This document shows, piece after piece, positions 6,431 through 15,879 of a stretch of DNA of 24,000 nucleotides. The notes under the pieces are model-generated. The model worked only from the letters and a program-made list of their open reading frames with translations. It did not search any database and was not told where the DNA came from. The position numbers and the translations under genes were made by a program. Numbering within the stretch: the first letter of the stretch is position 1; every line of letters begins with the position of its first letter. The stretch comes from Psychrilyobacter piezotolerans (lineage in GTDB: Bacteria > Fusobacteriota > Fusobacteriia > Fusobacteriales > Fusobacteriaceae): positions 10,812 to 34,811 of the forward strand of contig NZ_QUAJ01000019.1 of assembly GCF_003391055.1 (NCBI RefSeq). Direction: 5' to 3'.

Positions 6431-9064
6431 TTAGTTAAGAACTATTTTAATGGTTTTATATCCAAAACCATCAATGGTTATTTCTTTTATCTCATCCATC
6501 TCTTTTTCATTTAACTTAACTTCTATTAATTTTTTTATATTTTTTCCTAAAATACTTACTTTTTCAGATTTCTCACTAGGATTATATAATCTTACAATAA
6601 TTCCTTCTCCATTATAAGGCTTTTTACAACTACTCATATAGATCTTTTGATTATCGATTTTAAATAGAGAAAAACTTGTTGAAATACTTGTGTTTAGGTG
6701 TGATATCGAAAAACGTTCTAATCGTTCTTCAAAACTATTTAAATTTTGATTTTGATAAACGCAGGATCTTTCAAGGTAATTTTCAACATTATCATAAATA
6801 TTATTTATATTAGTATCACAATCAAAATAAATAGCATAGTCGAATTTTAACTCTCCTATGAGCTGCCCATTGGGGTTTTTTACTACAGTATTGTTTATTC
6901 CAGAAGCTCTATTAGGGCGCCATAGAAGGTTATCTCTACCTAATAATCCATTGCCTCTATAGAGGGTAAGAGCAAATTTATCTTTTTCTAAAATCTCATA
7001 TTCTTTTAATCCTTCTACAATAACTCCAGCCAAAGAAGTGTTATCTTTTACCAGTGCAATATTTTCCATATTATAGATTGGGACAGGAGCTTCTACGTAT
7101 TTATTTTCCTTCCATATCTCCATTCGTAGAGATATAGTTTCGTGCGGAATTAAAGCATATCCGCTATCAGCATAGGAATTAGCCGGATTAAATATACCGG
7201 TTTTAAATATAGTTCTGACCCTGTGATCTTTTATATTGTTATCTATTTTATGACTAACTCTAATAAATTTTTCACCCTTTCTAAGTTCAAAAGTTGTATA
7301 GATTTCCAATGTTTTAGAAGTGGTTTTAGATTTTCTTTCCTCTAAATCTTTTGGTAAAACTAACCTGTGTAGAAGTTTTATTTTTTCATTAAAATTATTC
7401 TTAGTAACTTCTATAACTTTTGTTAGATTTATTTTAAATGGAATGTCTCCTTCCAACGGTGAAAAATCATATGAATCACCATAGTCACCACAATCTTCAA
7501 AGTAAAAAGCATCCTCTATCATACTTCCAAATTTTTCAATATTTATTTTGCCATTTTCAACTATAACTTTAATATCTTTATTACCGATACTTTCATTGAT
7601 AGATTTCTTTTCTTTTAAAGGTTCTGAGTGTTCTTCCATAAGGAGTGTATTCCAACCCATAGATTGGATCTTAGTTTTGATTAAAACCTCGGACCTATAA
7701 TATCCAGGTAATTCAATTTCTACATCTCCTTTATCACTGACTACAATTTTCTTCCCACCCCCTATATATTTTTGATGAATGATTTCACTTTGAACATTGT
7801 TCCCAACGGTATCTTTCAAACTTAATGTTGGTTGTTTGGTGAATAGGATAGATTTTTTTAGTCCTGAAAATTCCTTGCTGTTAGTGTTAAACAAAACAAC
7901 TATATTGCTTTTGTTTAGCCCCTTTGAAATTGCAAAAGTTATTCTTTTTTTCAATAAATTAACGAGTCCATCACATGTTCTATTTACTTTTCTTAATCGA
8001 CCTATAACCTCTGCATTGGTATCGTCAGAGTTACATCCGCCTATAGAGTCATGGGCATGAGCATCAAATAGTTGTTTCCACATCAAATCTAACCAAGATT
8101 TAGGATATTCTAATTGAAATTGTTCCCCTATAATTGCCAAAGGCTCTAAGGTGTTTAATATCTTATTTTCTACCTCTGAATTTGCTTTTTTTATGTCATA
8201 TCTCATAGATCCTATGGTTCTGTGAACTCTTTGGCTTTCAGTTCCCCTTAGTTCTCCATGTAACGTAGTCTCAAACTCCTTATTTTCCCAAGAATTATCC
8301 ATAAAATCTTCAAAATTAGAGATAATAATTTCATAGTCGTCTACCTTTGAATTGATATTTTTAATGACTTCAGGAAGGTTTTTTTGAATTAAATTTTGAT
8401 CCCCTCCCACTAAAAATAAAATATTGTTACTATTTTTATTTGTTTTTTCTATTTTTTTTACTAAAGGTAAAAACTTTTGATCTATAAATTCATCTGAATC
8501 AGAAATAAATTCTCCTGGAGAATATCCTAAGATAAGATAATTAGATTTGATCTTTTCTCCATCAGGAGAAGACCAGTTAAAATTAACATCTTCTTTTATT
8601 TCATCGGAATAAATTCCTCTTTTTAAGATAGAATAATCAATATCAAACCCTTTGAATATAGAAGGCAGATATGTATTTTGACCAAATGTATCAGGGAGAT
8701 ATCCTACATTCATAGAGTGACCAAAAGATTCACAAATACGTGTTCCATAGAGTAAATTCCTGACGATAGATTCTTTATTTACTAATAAGCAATCTGTTTG
8801 GGTGTACCATGGACCTACGAAGATCCTCTTTTCTTTGATGAGTTTAGATAACCGTTTTTTTTCTTCTGGAACTACTTTTAAAAATTCATCGATGATAGAT
8901 GCTTGAGCGTCAAAGGAATAAGAGGAAAAGCTTTGGTTTTCCTCTAAGGTGTCCATAACATTTTTTAAATTTTCAATTAATAGTATATTTGAGTCTTCTA
9001 TCGTAAAATACCACTCTCTATCCCAATGGGTATGAGCAACTATATAAATTGTTTTTTTCTTCAA
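6431..9064 (-). CDS. mngB: GH38 alpha-mannosidase, mannosylglycerate hydrolase-like
   Basis: 877 aa. TTG start with a GGGAG RBS in the 13-nt gap after the PTS gene. GH38 N-terminal signature IVAHTHWDREWYF and a large multi-domain body. It lies directly downstream of a fructose-family EIIABC, as in mngAB. The substrate assignment is inference. Confidence 0.85.
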   Translation of the reverse strand: MKKKTIYIVAHTHWDREWYFTIEDSNILLIENLKNVMDTLEENQSFSSYSFDAQASIIDEFLKVVPEEKKRLSKLIKEKRIFVGPWYTQTDCLLVNKESIVRNLLYGTRICESFGHSMNVGYLPDTFGQNTYLPSIFKGFDIDYSILKRGIYSDEIKEDVNFNWSSPDGEKIKSNYLILGYSPGEFISDSDEFIDQKFLPLVKKIEKTNKNSNNILFLVGGDQNLIQKNLPEVIKNINSKVDDYEIIISNFEDFMDNSWENKEFETTLHGELRGTESQRVHRTIGSMRYDIKKANSEVENKILNTLEPLAIIGEQFQLEYPKSWLDLMWKQLFDAHAHDSIGGCNSDDTNAEVIGRLRKVNRTCDGLVNLLKKRITFAISKGLNKSNIVVLFNTNSKEFSGLKKSILFTKQPTLSLKDTVGNNVQSEIIHQKYIGGGKKIVVSDKGDVEIELPGYYRSEVLIKTKIQSMGWNTLLMEEHSEPLKEKKSINESIGNKDIKVIVENGKINIEKFGSMIEDAFYFEDCGDYGDSYDFSPLEGDIPFKINLTKVIEVTKNNFNEKIKLLHRLVLPKDLEERKSKTTSKTLEIYTTFELRKGEKFIRVSHKIDNNIKDHRVRTIFKTGIFNPANSYADSGYALIPHETISLRMEIWKENKYVEAPVPIYNMENIALVKDNTSLAGVIVEGLKEYEILEKDKFALTLYRGNGLLGRDNLLWRPNRASGINNTVVKNPNGQLIGELKFDYAIYFDCDTNINNIYDNVENYLERSCVYQNQNLNSFEERLERFSISHLNTSISTSFSLFKIDNQKIYMSSCKKPYNGEGIIVRLYNPSEKSEKVSILGKNIKKLIEVKLNEKEMDEIKEITIDGFGYKTIKIVLN

Positions 9065-9077
9065 AATATTTTCTCCC

Positions 9078-10991
9078 TTATGCTAAATCTAATGCTCTTT
9101 CTTTTCTTTTTCCCTTTAAAAACACACTAACTACAGCAATAAATATAGAACCAGTTAGAATAGATATTACATAGATCTGCCAATTTTCTACAGCTAACCA
9201 TCCATAAAATCCAGAGATAGGTGCGGTATTATTTGCTCCCAATCCAACAGCCATAGCAGAAGCTAAAGCAGAGCCTAAAACTGTTACAGGAATTACTTTT
9301 AATGGGGCTTCTATTGCGAAAGGAATAGCTCCTTCTGAAATACCAACTAATCCCATTAAAATAGAAGATTTTCCAGCTTCCACCAAAGAATCACTATATT
9401 TATCCTTACCGAATATAGTAGCTAATCCTAACCCGATAGGCGGAACAATTATTGCTACCTGGGCAGCTGTATTAGGAAGACTGATTCCAGAAGCTAATAA
9501 TGCCATAGAAGTAGTTACAGCAGCTTTGTTTACAGGTCCACCTAAATCAAACCCTACCATTCCTCCAACAATTGCAGCCATTATTATTTTATTTCCTCCT
9601 GACAATCCCATAAGCCATACTTCTAATGCTTTATTTAAAAATGACAGTGGAGTTCCAACTATATAAATCATGAGTAATGCAGTAACGAGAGTTCCTAAAA
9701 CTGGAGCGATAAATATAGAGGTTATTCCAGAAGCAAAACCAGGTAATTTTATCTTTATTAAAATATATTTAACAATATAACCAGCCATAAGTCCCGCTAT
9801 TAACGCTCCTAAAAAACCAGTATTTAATTCTTTTGCTAGGAGTCCACCGACAAAACCTGGGACTAATCCGACTCTATCGCCAATAGAATAAGCTATAAAT
9901 CCCGCTATAAATGGAAGCATTAAACCTAAAGCACGTCCTCCAATACCATCCATTAAATGAAATAATTTTACCAATGTATTTCCACTTTCCATATGTGAAC
10001 CATCCCAAATGTCTGTAACGCCAAACATAGATCCACCAATTCTGGCCATTCCCATAATTACAGCTCCTGCAATTACAAGTGGGATCATATAAGAAACTCC
10101 AGTCATAAAATGTCTTTTTATGTCTGATCCGATCCCTGTATCTGAAGATTTATTTTCCTTAGATTTATTAACTTTCCCGTCTAAAATCCCATCAGGGTTA
10201 TTTAGAACTCTTTCTAACATTCCCTGAGCGTCTTTTAAGGGTGTGGCAACTCTGGTTTTTATGAATGGTTTTCCAGCAAATCGTTCTATATCTTTAGGCG
10301 CCACATCTGTAGCAATTATTACTGCATCTGCTTTTTCAATTAATTCTTGTGTATGTTTATTCTCTATACCACTAGCTCCCTGTTTCTCACTAATTACTCG
10401 AATGCCCATTTTTGCCCCGGCTTTTTCCAAAGCCTCTGCTGCTAAATATGTATGTGCTATTCCAGTGGCACAAGCTGTAATAGCAAGAATTAATTTAGAG
10501 TCTTTAGAATATTCGATAGTTTCTTCTTCCATAATTTCTTTTTCTAAAACGGCAATTAAATCTTTTGGAGTTTTAGCCTTTTGTAAATTTCCAATAAATC
10601 CTTCACGCATGAAAGAGGTCGTAAGCTCTGTTAATACTTCTATATGAGTTGACCCTTGTTCAGCCTTTGGAATAGCTATTAAAAATACCAAGGTTACCTC
10701 GTTATCCTCATCAATAGATTCCCAATCTTCAATAGGATTATTTAATCTTGCTACAGCAAAAGCAGCTTTATTTACTGCATCTGATTTTCCATGGGGAATT
10801 GCAAGCCCTTCTTCTAACCCTGTAGGAGAAACTTTTTCTCTTTCTAGTACTGCAGAAAGAAATTCTTCTTTGGATTTCAAAACCCCATCACAGTCCAAAC
10901 GCTCCACTAATTTTTCAATAGCTTCTACTTTGGATTTTGCTTCCAAGTCTAAAATAATTAGATTTTCATTGGTTAAATCAGTTAAATTCAT
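9078..10991 (-). CDS. mngA: PTS fructose-family enzyme IIABC (A-B-C order), mannosylglycerate-type
   Basis: 637 aa. N-terminal EIIA(Fru/Mtl) with GLAIPHGK, EIIB(Fru) with LAITACATGIAHTYLAAEALEKAG, then a polytopic EIIC. RBS AAGGGGG. The A-B-C fusion order matches MngA rather than FruA. Confidence 0.85.
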   Translation of the reverse strand: MNLTDLTNENLIILDLEAKSKVEAIEKLVERLDCDGVLKSKEEFLSAVLEREKVSPTGLEEGLAIPHGKSDAVNKAAFAVARLNNPIEDWESIDEDNEVTLVFLIAIPKAEQGSTHIEVLTELTTSFMREGFIGNLQKAKTPKDLIAVLEKEIMEEETIEYSKDSKLILAITACATGIAHTYLAAEALEKAGAKMGIRVISEKQGASGIENKHTQELIEKADAVIIATDVAPKDIERFAGKPFIKTRVATPLKDAQGMLERVLNNPDGILDGKVNKSKENKSSDTGIGSDIKRHFMTGVSYMIPLVIAGAVIMGMARIGGSMFGVTDIWDGSHMESGNTLVKLFHLMDGIGGRALGLMLPFIAGFIAYSIGDRVGLVPGFVGGLLAKELNTGFLGALIAGLMAGYIVKYILIKIKLPGFASGITSIFIAPVLGTLVTALLMIYIVGTPLSFLNKALEVWLMGLSGGNKIIMAAIVGGMVGFDLGGPVNKAAVTTSMALLASGISLPNTAAQVAIIVPPIGLGLATIFGKDKYSDSLVEAGKSSILMGLVGISEGAIPFAIEAPLKVIPVTVLGSALASAMAVGLGANNTAPISGFYGWLAVENWQIYVISILTGSIFIAVVSVFLKGKRKERALDLA

Positions 10992-11150
10992 AATATGCCC
11001 CCTTATATTTTATTTAAAAAAATAATAACACTGATTTTAAAAAAATAAAACTGTATATTTTTTGCAATTTTTTATGAAAAAATCATTCCATGTAATTATA
11101 TTTTATTTATTGTATAATTATTGTTATAGTTCTTAAGGGGGTATAGAAAA

Positions 11151-13247
11151 ATGCTAAATAAAAGAATGCTTCTCATTATTGAATATCTAATTAATAATAA
11201 TGGAAAAGGAATATTGAAAGAAATGGTTGATTTTATTAATATGAGTGAGAGAACAATCAGGTACGATATAGATAAAATAAATGAATTTCTTTTAGATAAT
11301 AAAGCGGGTAAAGTGATAAAAAAACCCAAGGGAGAGATAGAACTTTTTAATCCACAGAAGGTAAAAAATTATTTACTCGAAAATTTTCATAAAATATTTT
11401 TTTTAGAATATAGAGATATTTCTATTTTAATTTCTATACTTTTTAAAGGAAAAATTAATATTTCTCATTTGTGTGAAGAATTTGATTTGAGCCGTACAAC
11501 AATAAAAAATGATTTAAAAGGGATAAAAAAAGTACTTTCGAAATACAATCTAGAATTAATTATAAATCCAAAGAAAGGTCTACTTTTAGAAGGGAAAGAG
11601 GAAGATGTTAGAAGGTTGCAGTTAAAAATATTGAATGATCATTTTAAGATTGGTTGTTCGAAATCTTTGGAAAAAACATATACATCTATTTTGATTCAAA
11701 AAAATTTTAAAGGGATTGATATAAAACATATCAATAGTTTTATTGATGATATTACCAAATTAATCGATAAAGTGATCTCCGATGAAGCTTATTCTATTAT
11801 TAGGAATTATACCCTTATAATGATTTCTAGAATTAAAGAAGAGTTTTACCTTAATTCTTCACCTAATAAAAAGTTTATGTCTGCAACTGAGGAAATTTCG
11901 GCAGTTTCAAAAACAATCCCTATACTAGAAGAAAACTACCAGATAAATCTCAATGAATTTGAGATATTTAAACTGACTGATTATTTCTTGGGAAGTCATA
12001 GTTATAACACCAATATGTCTTTTTATAAAAACTGGATTGAAATTGAAACTATGACAAAAAAAATAATAAGGAAATTTGGTAAGGAAATTTGTTTAGATCT
12101 ATCAAAGGATGAATTTTTAATTAATGGGTTATTAAATCATATTAAGCCTGCTATTCATAGGATAAAAAATAATATCGAACTAAAAAATTCTATTTACACT
12201 GAAGTTATTGTAGAATATCCAAAATTATTCGAGATAACCAAAAATTCTATCACAATTTTAGAAGATTTTTTAGAAAAACCATTTCCTCAAGAAGAAGTTT
12301 GTTTTTTAGTATTACATTTCAAAGGAGCTGTAGATCGAAATTTATACCAAAAAAAAGAAACTAAAAAGATTTTACTGGTTTGTGGAGGCGGCTTAGGAAC
12401 ATCTAAGTTAATAGAACAACAACTAAAAGAAAATTACGATATCAATATAATAAAGACTATCCCGCTAAATCAACTGGAAAAAACTATTGTAGAGAAGAAA
12501 GAAACGCCAGATTTAATAATAACAACCTTAGAAATTAATGAATTTAACACAGAAATCCCTGTAATTCATGTAAAGACAATATTAAATACAGAGGAATTAA
12601 AAAAATTAGAAAAATATAATCTTCCTAAATACAATAAAAAAATACTAATTTCAAATATTTTAAAAAGTTTAAGAAAGGGAGCTGTAATAAAAGATGAAAA
12701 AATAATTATAAATGAATTAAAAAAACACCTTGGAAATAAACTTATCGATGATACAAAGGGAGAACCTCCCATCCTTTCAGAACTTCTTCTTCAAAGTAAT
12801 ATAGAGTTGAACCTCAATATAAAAACCTGGGAAGAAGCAATAAAAAAAGCAGGAAATATACTCTATAGAGAGGGATATGTGGAAGGGAATTATTCAACTG
12901 AAATGATAAAAGTCATAAGTAGATTTGGCCCATATATGGTTATAGCGCCAAATTTAGCTATTCCCCATACTGAAAAAAAATATGTCAAAAAAACAGGGAT
13001 GTGTTTAATAACGTTGACTCAGCCAGTTTATTTTTCAGGAGGAATCCCTGTTAATACTGTATTAGCTTTTTCATCTGTAGATGACAGTGAACACTTTTTT
13101 GCTCTGTCTAAGTTTTTAGAGATGGTAAAATCCTATGATTTTCTAAAGAAAGCTCATAATACATCCTCACCTAAGAAAATAATAGAAATCATAAAAAAAT
13201 ATGAATTTTTGATAAATTTAGGAAAACATAAGGAACCAAACTTTTAA
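11151..13247 (+). CDS. PRD-domain transcriptional activator (MtlR/LicR/ManR type: HTH-HTH-PRD-PRD-EIIB-EIIA)
   Basis: 698 aa. N-terminal HTH (MSERTIRYDIDKINEFL) and a second HTH (LSRTTIKNDLKGIKKVL). PRD histidines occur in LLNHIKPAIHRIKN and FLVLHFKG. EIIB(Gat)-like KILLVCGGGLGTSKL. C-terminal EIIA(Mtl)-like NLAIPHTEKK. Divergent from the PTS operon. Confidence 0.85.
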   Translation: MLNKRMLLIIEYLINNNGKGILKEMVDFINMSERTIRYDIDKINEFLLDNKAGKVIKKPKGEIELFNPQKVKNYLLENFHKIFFLEYRDISILISILFKGKINISHLCEEFDLSRTTIKNDLKGIKKVLSKYNLELIINPKKGLLLEGKEEDVRRLQLKILNDHFKIGCSKSLEKTYTSILIQKNFKGIDIKHINSFIDDITKLIDKVISDEAYSIIRNYTLIMISRIKEEFYLNSSPNKKFMSATEEISAVSKTIPILEENYQINLNEFEIFKLTDYFLGSHSYNTNMSFYKNWIEIETMTKKIIRKFGKEICLDLSKDEFLINGLLNHIKPAIHRIKNNIELKNSIYTEVIVEYPKLFEITKNSITILEDFLEKPFPQEEVCFLVLHFKGAVDRNLYQKKETKKILLVCGGGLGTSKLIEQQLKENYDINIIKTIPLNQLEKTIVEKKETPDLIITTLEINEFNTEIPVIHVKTILNTEELKKLEKYNLPKYNKKILISNILKSLRKGAVIKDEKIIINELKKHLGNKLIDDTKGEPPILSELLLQSNIELNLNIKTWEEAIKKAGNILYREGYVEGNYSTEMIKVISRFGPYMVIAPNLAIPHTEKKYVKKTGMCLITLTQPVYFSGGIPVNTVLAFSSVDDSEHFFALSKFLEMVKSYDFLKKAHNTSSPKKIIEIIKKYEFLINLGKHKEPNF

Positions 13248-13315
13248 TAGAAGTTATTTTAAATTAAAGATATGACATTATATCTGCGATAAATAAAATG
13301 TAAAGGAGATACATT

Positions 13316-14293
13316 ATGAAAAAATTATATCCGCTTAAATTTAAAAAAATATTTAAAAAAAAAGTATGGGGTGGAAGAGGTTTTAAAGAAAACCTGGGAA
13401 TAAATCTTCCTACCAAAGATTCATATGGAGAATCCTGGGAAGTAAGCTCCCATAAAAATGGAATGAGTATAGTGGACAATGGCAGCTTAAAAGGTAAAGA
13501 TTTAGATGAACTGCTTTTAGAATACAAAGAAAAACTTGTAGGAGGCGAGGTATATGATAAATATAAAGATAAATTCCCATTACTTATAAAGTATCTCGAT
13601 GTAAATGACAGATTATCTGTTCAAGTACATCCAAGTGATGAATATGCACTTGGGGTCGAAAAAGAATTTGGCAAATCAGAATCATGGTATATATTAGAAG
13701 CTAGTTCCGATGCTAAATTAATTATGGGATTAAGAAAAGGGATGACTAAAGAAATGTTTATAAAAAAAACTAAAAATAAAGATTTTAATGATTTATTTAA
13801 CGTAATCTCTGTAAAAAAAGGAGATTTTATAAATATTACTCCTGGACTAGTCCATGCAAGTTTAGAAGGGAGTGTATTAATTTGCGAAATCCAACAAAAT
13901 TCAGACACAACCTATAGAATCTATGATTTTGACAGGCTAATAGATGGGAAACTTCGTGACCTTCATTTTGATAAAGCCATAGAAGTTATAGGTTATCAAA
14001 ATGTTCCCCAAATCAGTAGTGATGAAAATAGAAAAAATATAGAAGTTTCAGGGGGAACGAAGCAGGAAATTATTAGAGGTGAATATTTTAATATAGATAA
14101 ATTTCTCATTCAGGAAAAGTTTAAAGATATAGATAAAGACTCCTTTATGATCTACTCTATATTGGAAGGAGAAGGCAACCTAAATTGTGAAGGAGTAATC
14201 TATCCTGTAAAAAAAGGTGAAACTTGGTATATCCCTCCTGAATTAAATATATGCATAGAAGGAAAATTAGAAATATTTAAAACATTTATATAA
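13316..14293 (+). CDS. manA: Class I mannose-6-phosphate isomerase
   Basis: 325 aa with RBS AAAGGAG. Cupin-type PMI motifs KVWGGRGF, GESWEVS, LSVQVHPSD, SESWYIL, GDFINITPGLVHA. Confidence 0.88.
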   Translation: MKKLYPLKFKKIFKKKVWGGRGFKENLGINLPTKDSYGESWEVSSHKNGMSIVDNGSLKGKDLDELLLEYKEKLVGGEVYDKYKDKFPLLIKYLDVNDRLSVQVHPSDEYALGVEKEFGKSESWYILEASSDAKLIMGLRKGMTKEMFIKKTKNKDFNDLFNVISVKKGDFINITPGLVHASLEGSVLICEIQQNSDTTYRIYDFDRLIDGKLRDLHFDKAIEVIGYQNVPQISSDENRKNIEVSGGTKQEIIRGEYFNIDKFLIQEKFKDIDKDSFMIYSILEGEGNLNCEGVIYPVKKGETWYIPPELNICIEGKLEIFKTFI

Positions 14294-14368
14294 AAAGGTA
14301 GTGTGAATAATTTTAAAACTTTTTCCTGTTTTTTCCGACTAATTAACATAAGCAGATAAAAATCAAAT

Positions 14369-14418
14369 AAAGACCTCTTCACTGTATGACTATTACAGCT
14401 GGGAGGTCTTTTATTTTT
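14369..14418. terminator. Rho-independent terminator (copy B of the repeated module)
   Basis: AAAGACCTC (14369-14377) pairs with GAGGTCTTT (14403-14411). Inner stem CTGTA/TACAG. T-tract extends to 14418. The 3' half CTATTACAGCTGGGAGGTCTTTTATTTTT is identical to 4275-4303. Confidence 0.7.
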
Positions 14419-14553
14419 ATAATTCAAACCCTGTGTTTATGGTGAAAGGATAGCTCTCCATTAACCACAATTTTCCGCCTCTCTAATTTCCCTTCTAAGC
14501 CCTGCAAGATTCTTAGATGCACAAGCTATCTTTAGAAGTCTTGGTGGTGCCCT

Positions 14554-15749
14554 TTATTTGAATACATCCCCCTCCCCTCCGAGATAAATACTGCTGTCCT
14601 GTGGAGGAGTTAACAATAAAAATACCAGTGATATTGCTATGGGAACTACACCTAGGATTATGCTGTAACCCGGTGTACTCATATCGATGATCTTCCCGGA
14701 TAATAATAATGCTATGGGCATTATTGTTTTTACCATTCCTATGAACAGTCCTATTATCTGTCCTCTGATATTATCCGGCAGTTCCTGTTGAAAATAAGTA
14801 AATAAGGGAATATCTACTGAAGCAGCCAGTCCTCCTGTCAGAAACATTCCAATGGAATAGATTGTTATAGTTACCATCTGGTCTAAATCTGCAAATATTG
14901 GAATTAAAAATAGAATGTTTACTCCTATAAATCCAATAAATAACACTTTTATCAATTTAGGTGTCAATTTGAAGTTAAATTTCCCTATTATCATAGCTCC
15001 AACTATTAATCCTATGGAAAATAATTTGTAATAAGATATGGAATAGGAACTACTATTGCCATTGGGAATGAAAAGTTTAAAATAATTAATAAAACAACAT
15101 ATTTTTTTAACTTTTTATCCACCATCATATACCTTAAGCCTTTAGTCAGAGATATCTTTTCTTTTTTCTCTGCTTCTGTTTTGACATCCTGTATAGTTAA
15201 AAAGGTCTCTATAATCATAGAAAATAAGAACGAAATTCCGTTGAATAAAATAAAGGTTCTTATATCAATAAATGCATATACCAATCCTCCTAAAAATGGC
15301 CCTGCTATCCTGCTTCCTGAACTGATTATGGATGATAAAGAATTAGCCTTTACCAGCCAATCCTTTTCAAACATCTGAGCTATTCCGCTTTCAAATCCTA
15401 TGGATACAAGCAGAGAAAATATACTGGTGAATACAGAACCTGCGTAGATTAAAGTGAGATTATCTACAGAATTCCACATATAGAAGATTCCAAACATTAG
15501 AAGAGCATTTAAAAAATCTCCTAAGATTATAAGTTTTTTCTTGGAGTACCTGTCTACAAATATCCCAAAAATCGGTGATAAAACAACAACCGGTATTGTA
15601 TATAATATTATATTAAAAGCATACGATGTCCCCTGATGGGTTACATCCAATAAATACATCCCTGTAGCAAATGAAAATAATACCGACCCCAATAGAGATA
15701 TAAATATCCCCGGGAAATATATCAGTTTATTTTTTAAATAACTATTCAT
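14554..15749 (-). pseudogene. DHA3/MFS_3-type major facilitator exporter, split by a single frameshift
   Basis: Two adjacent ORFs: 15012-15749 (TM1-7, including IFGIFVDRYSKKKLIILGD) and 14554-14994 (TM8-12). Both frames are open across the junction. One extra T in the run at 15018-15021 (plus-strand AAAA) would give ...PYLITNYFSIGLIVGAMIIGKF... and one product of about 398 aa. The likely true start is ATG 15749, preceded by GGGAGG, not the TTG at 15764. Confidence 0.75.
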
Positions 15750-15791
15750 CTCTTTCCTCCCCAATATTTTATTATCTTAATCTTATTATAA

Positions 15792-15822
15792 AATATAGAT
15801 ATAAGGCGACAGCAATAGCCAA
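15792..15822 (-). promoter_or_regulatory. Candidate MerR-type promoter (19-bp spacer) of the MFS gene
   Basis: Minus strand reads TTGGCT (15817-15822), 19-nt spacer ATTGCTGTCGCCTTATATC, TATATT (15792-15797). An imperfect dyad GGCTATTG/CTGTCGCC overlaps the -35 and spacer. Confidence 0.4.
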
Positions 15823-15824
15823 AA

Positions 15825-15879
15825 TAAAAAAAATTAATAATAAAAATGGTAAAAGGTGGAGTTAACCCTACCTTTTACC
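15825..15879 (-). terminator. Hairpin terminator overlapping the stop codon of the MerR-methyltransferase gene
   Basis: GGTAAAAGGT (15848-15857) pairs with ACCTTTTACC (15870-15879), a 10-bp stem with a 12-nt loop. On the minus-strand RNA it is followed by AUUUUUAUUAUUAAUUUUUUUUAUUUU. Confidence 0.55.

Noticed and set aside
10243-10647. 134-aa ORF antisense to the PTS EIIABC gene
   Set aside because: It is embedded in the EIIA/EIIB-coding part of a well-supported gene. The Ser/Ala/Ile-rich, low-complexity translation is typical of an antisense artefact.
11096-11329. 77-aa minus-strand ORF overlapping the regulator start and promoter region
   Set aside because: It overlaps the well-supported PRD regulator gene on the opposite strand. 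It has no RBS and gives a low-complexity Ile/Leu/Ser translation.
14419-14553. tRNA, tmRNA or group II intron fragment in the GC-richer block
   Set aside because: There is no T-arm or acceptor-like sequence. I noticed only a vague resemblance (AATCTTGCAGGG...GAAGGG) to a group II intron segment recalled from memory, which is far too weak to assert without a covariance-model search.
15750-15764. TTG start at 15764 for the MFS ORF given in the ORF track
   Set aside because: The five extra codons are TTGGGGAGGAAAGAG, which is itself the ribosome-binding site (GGGAGG) for the ATG at 15749.
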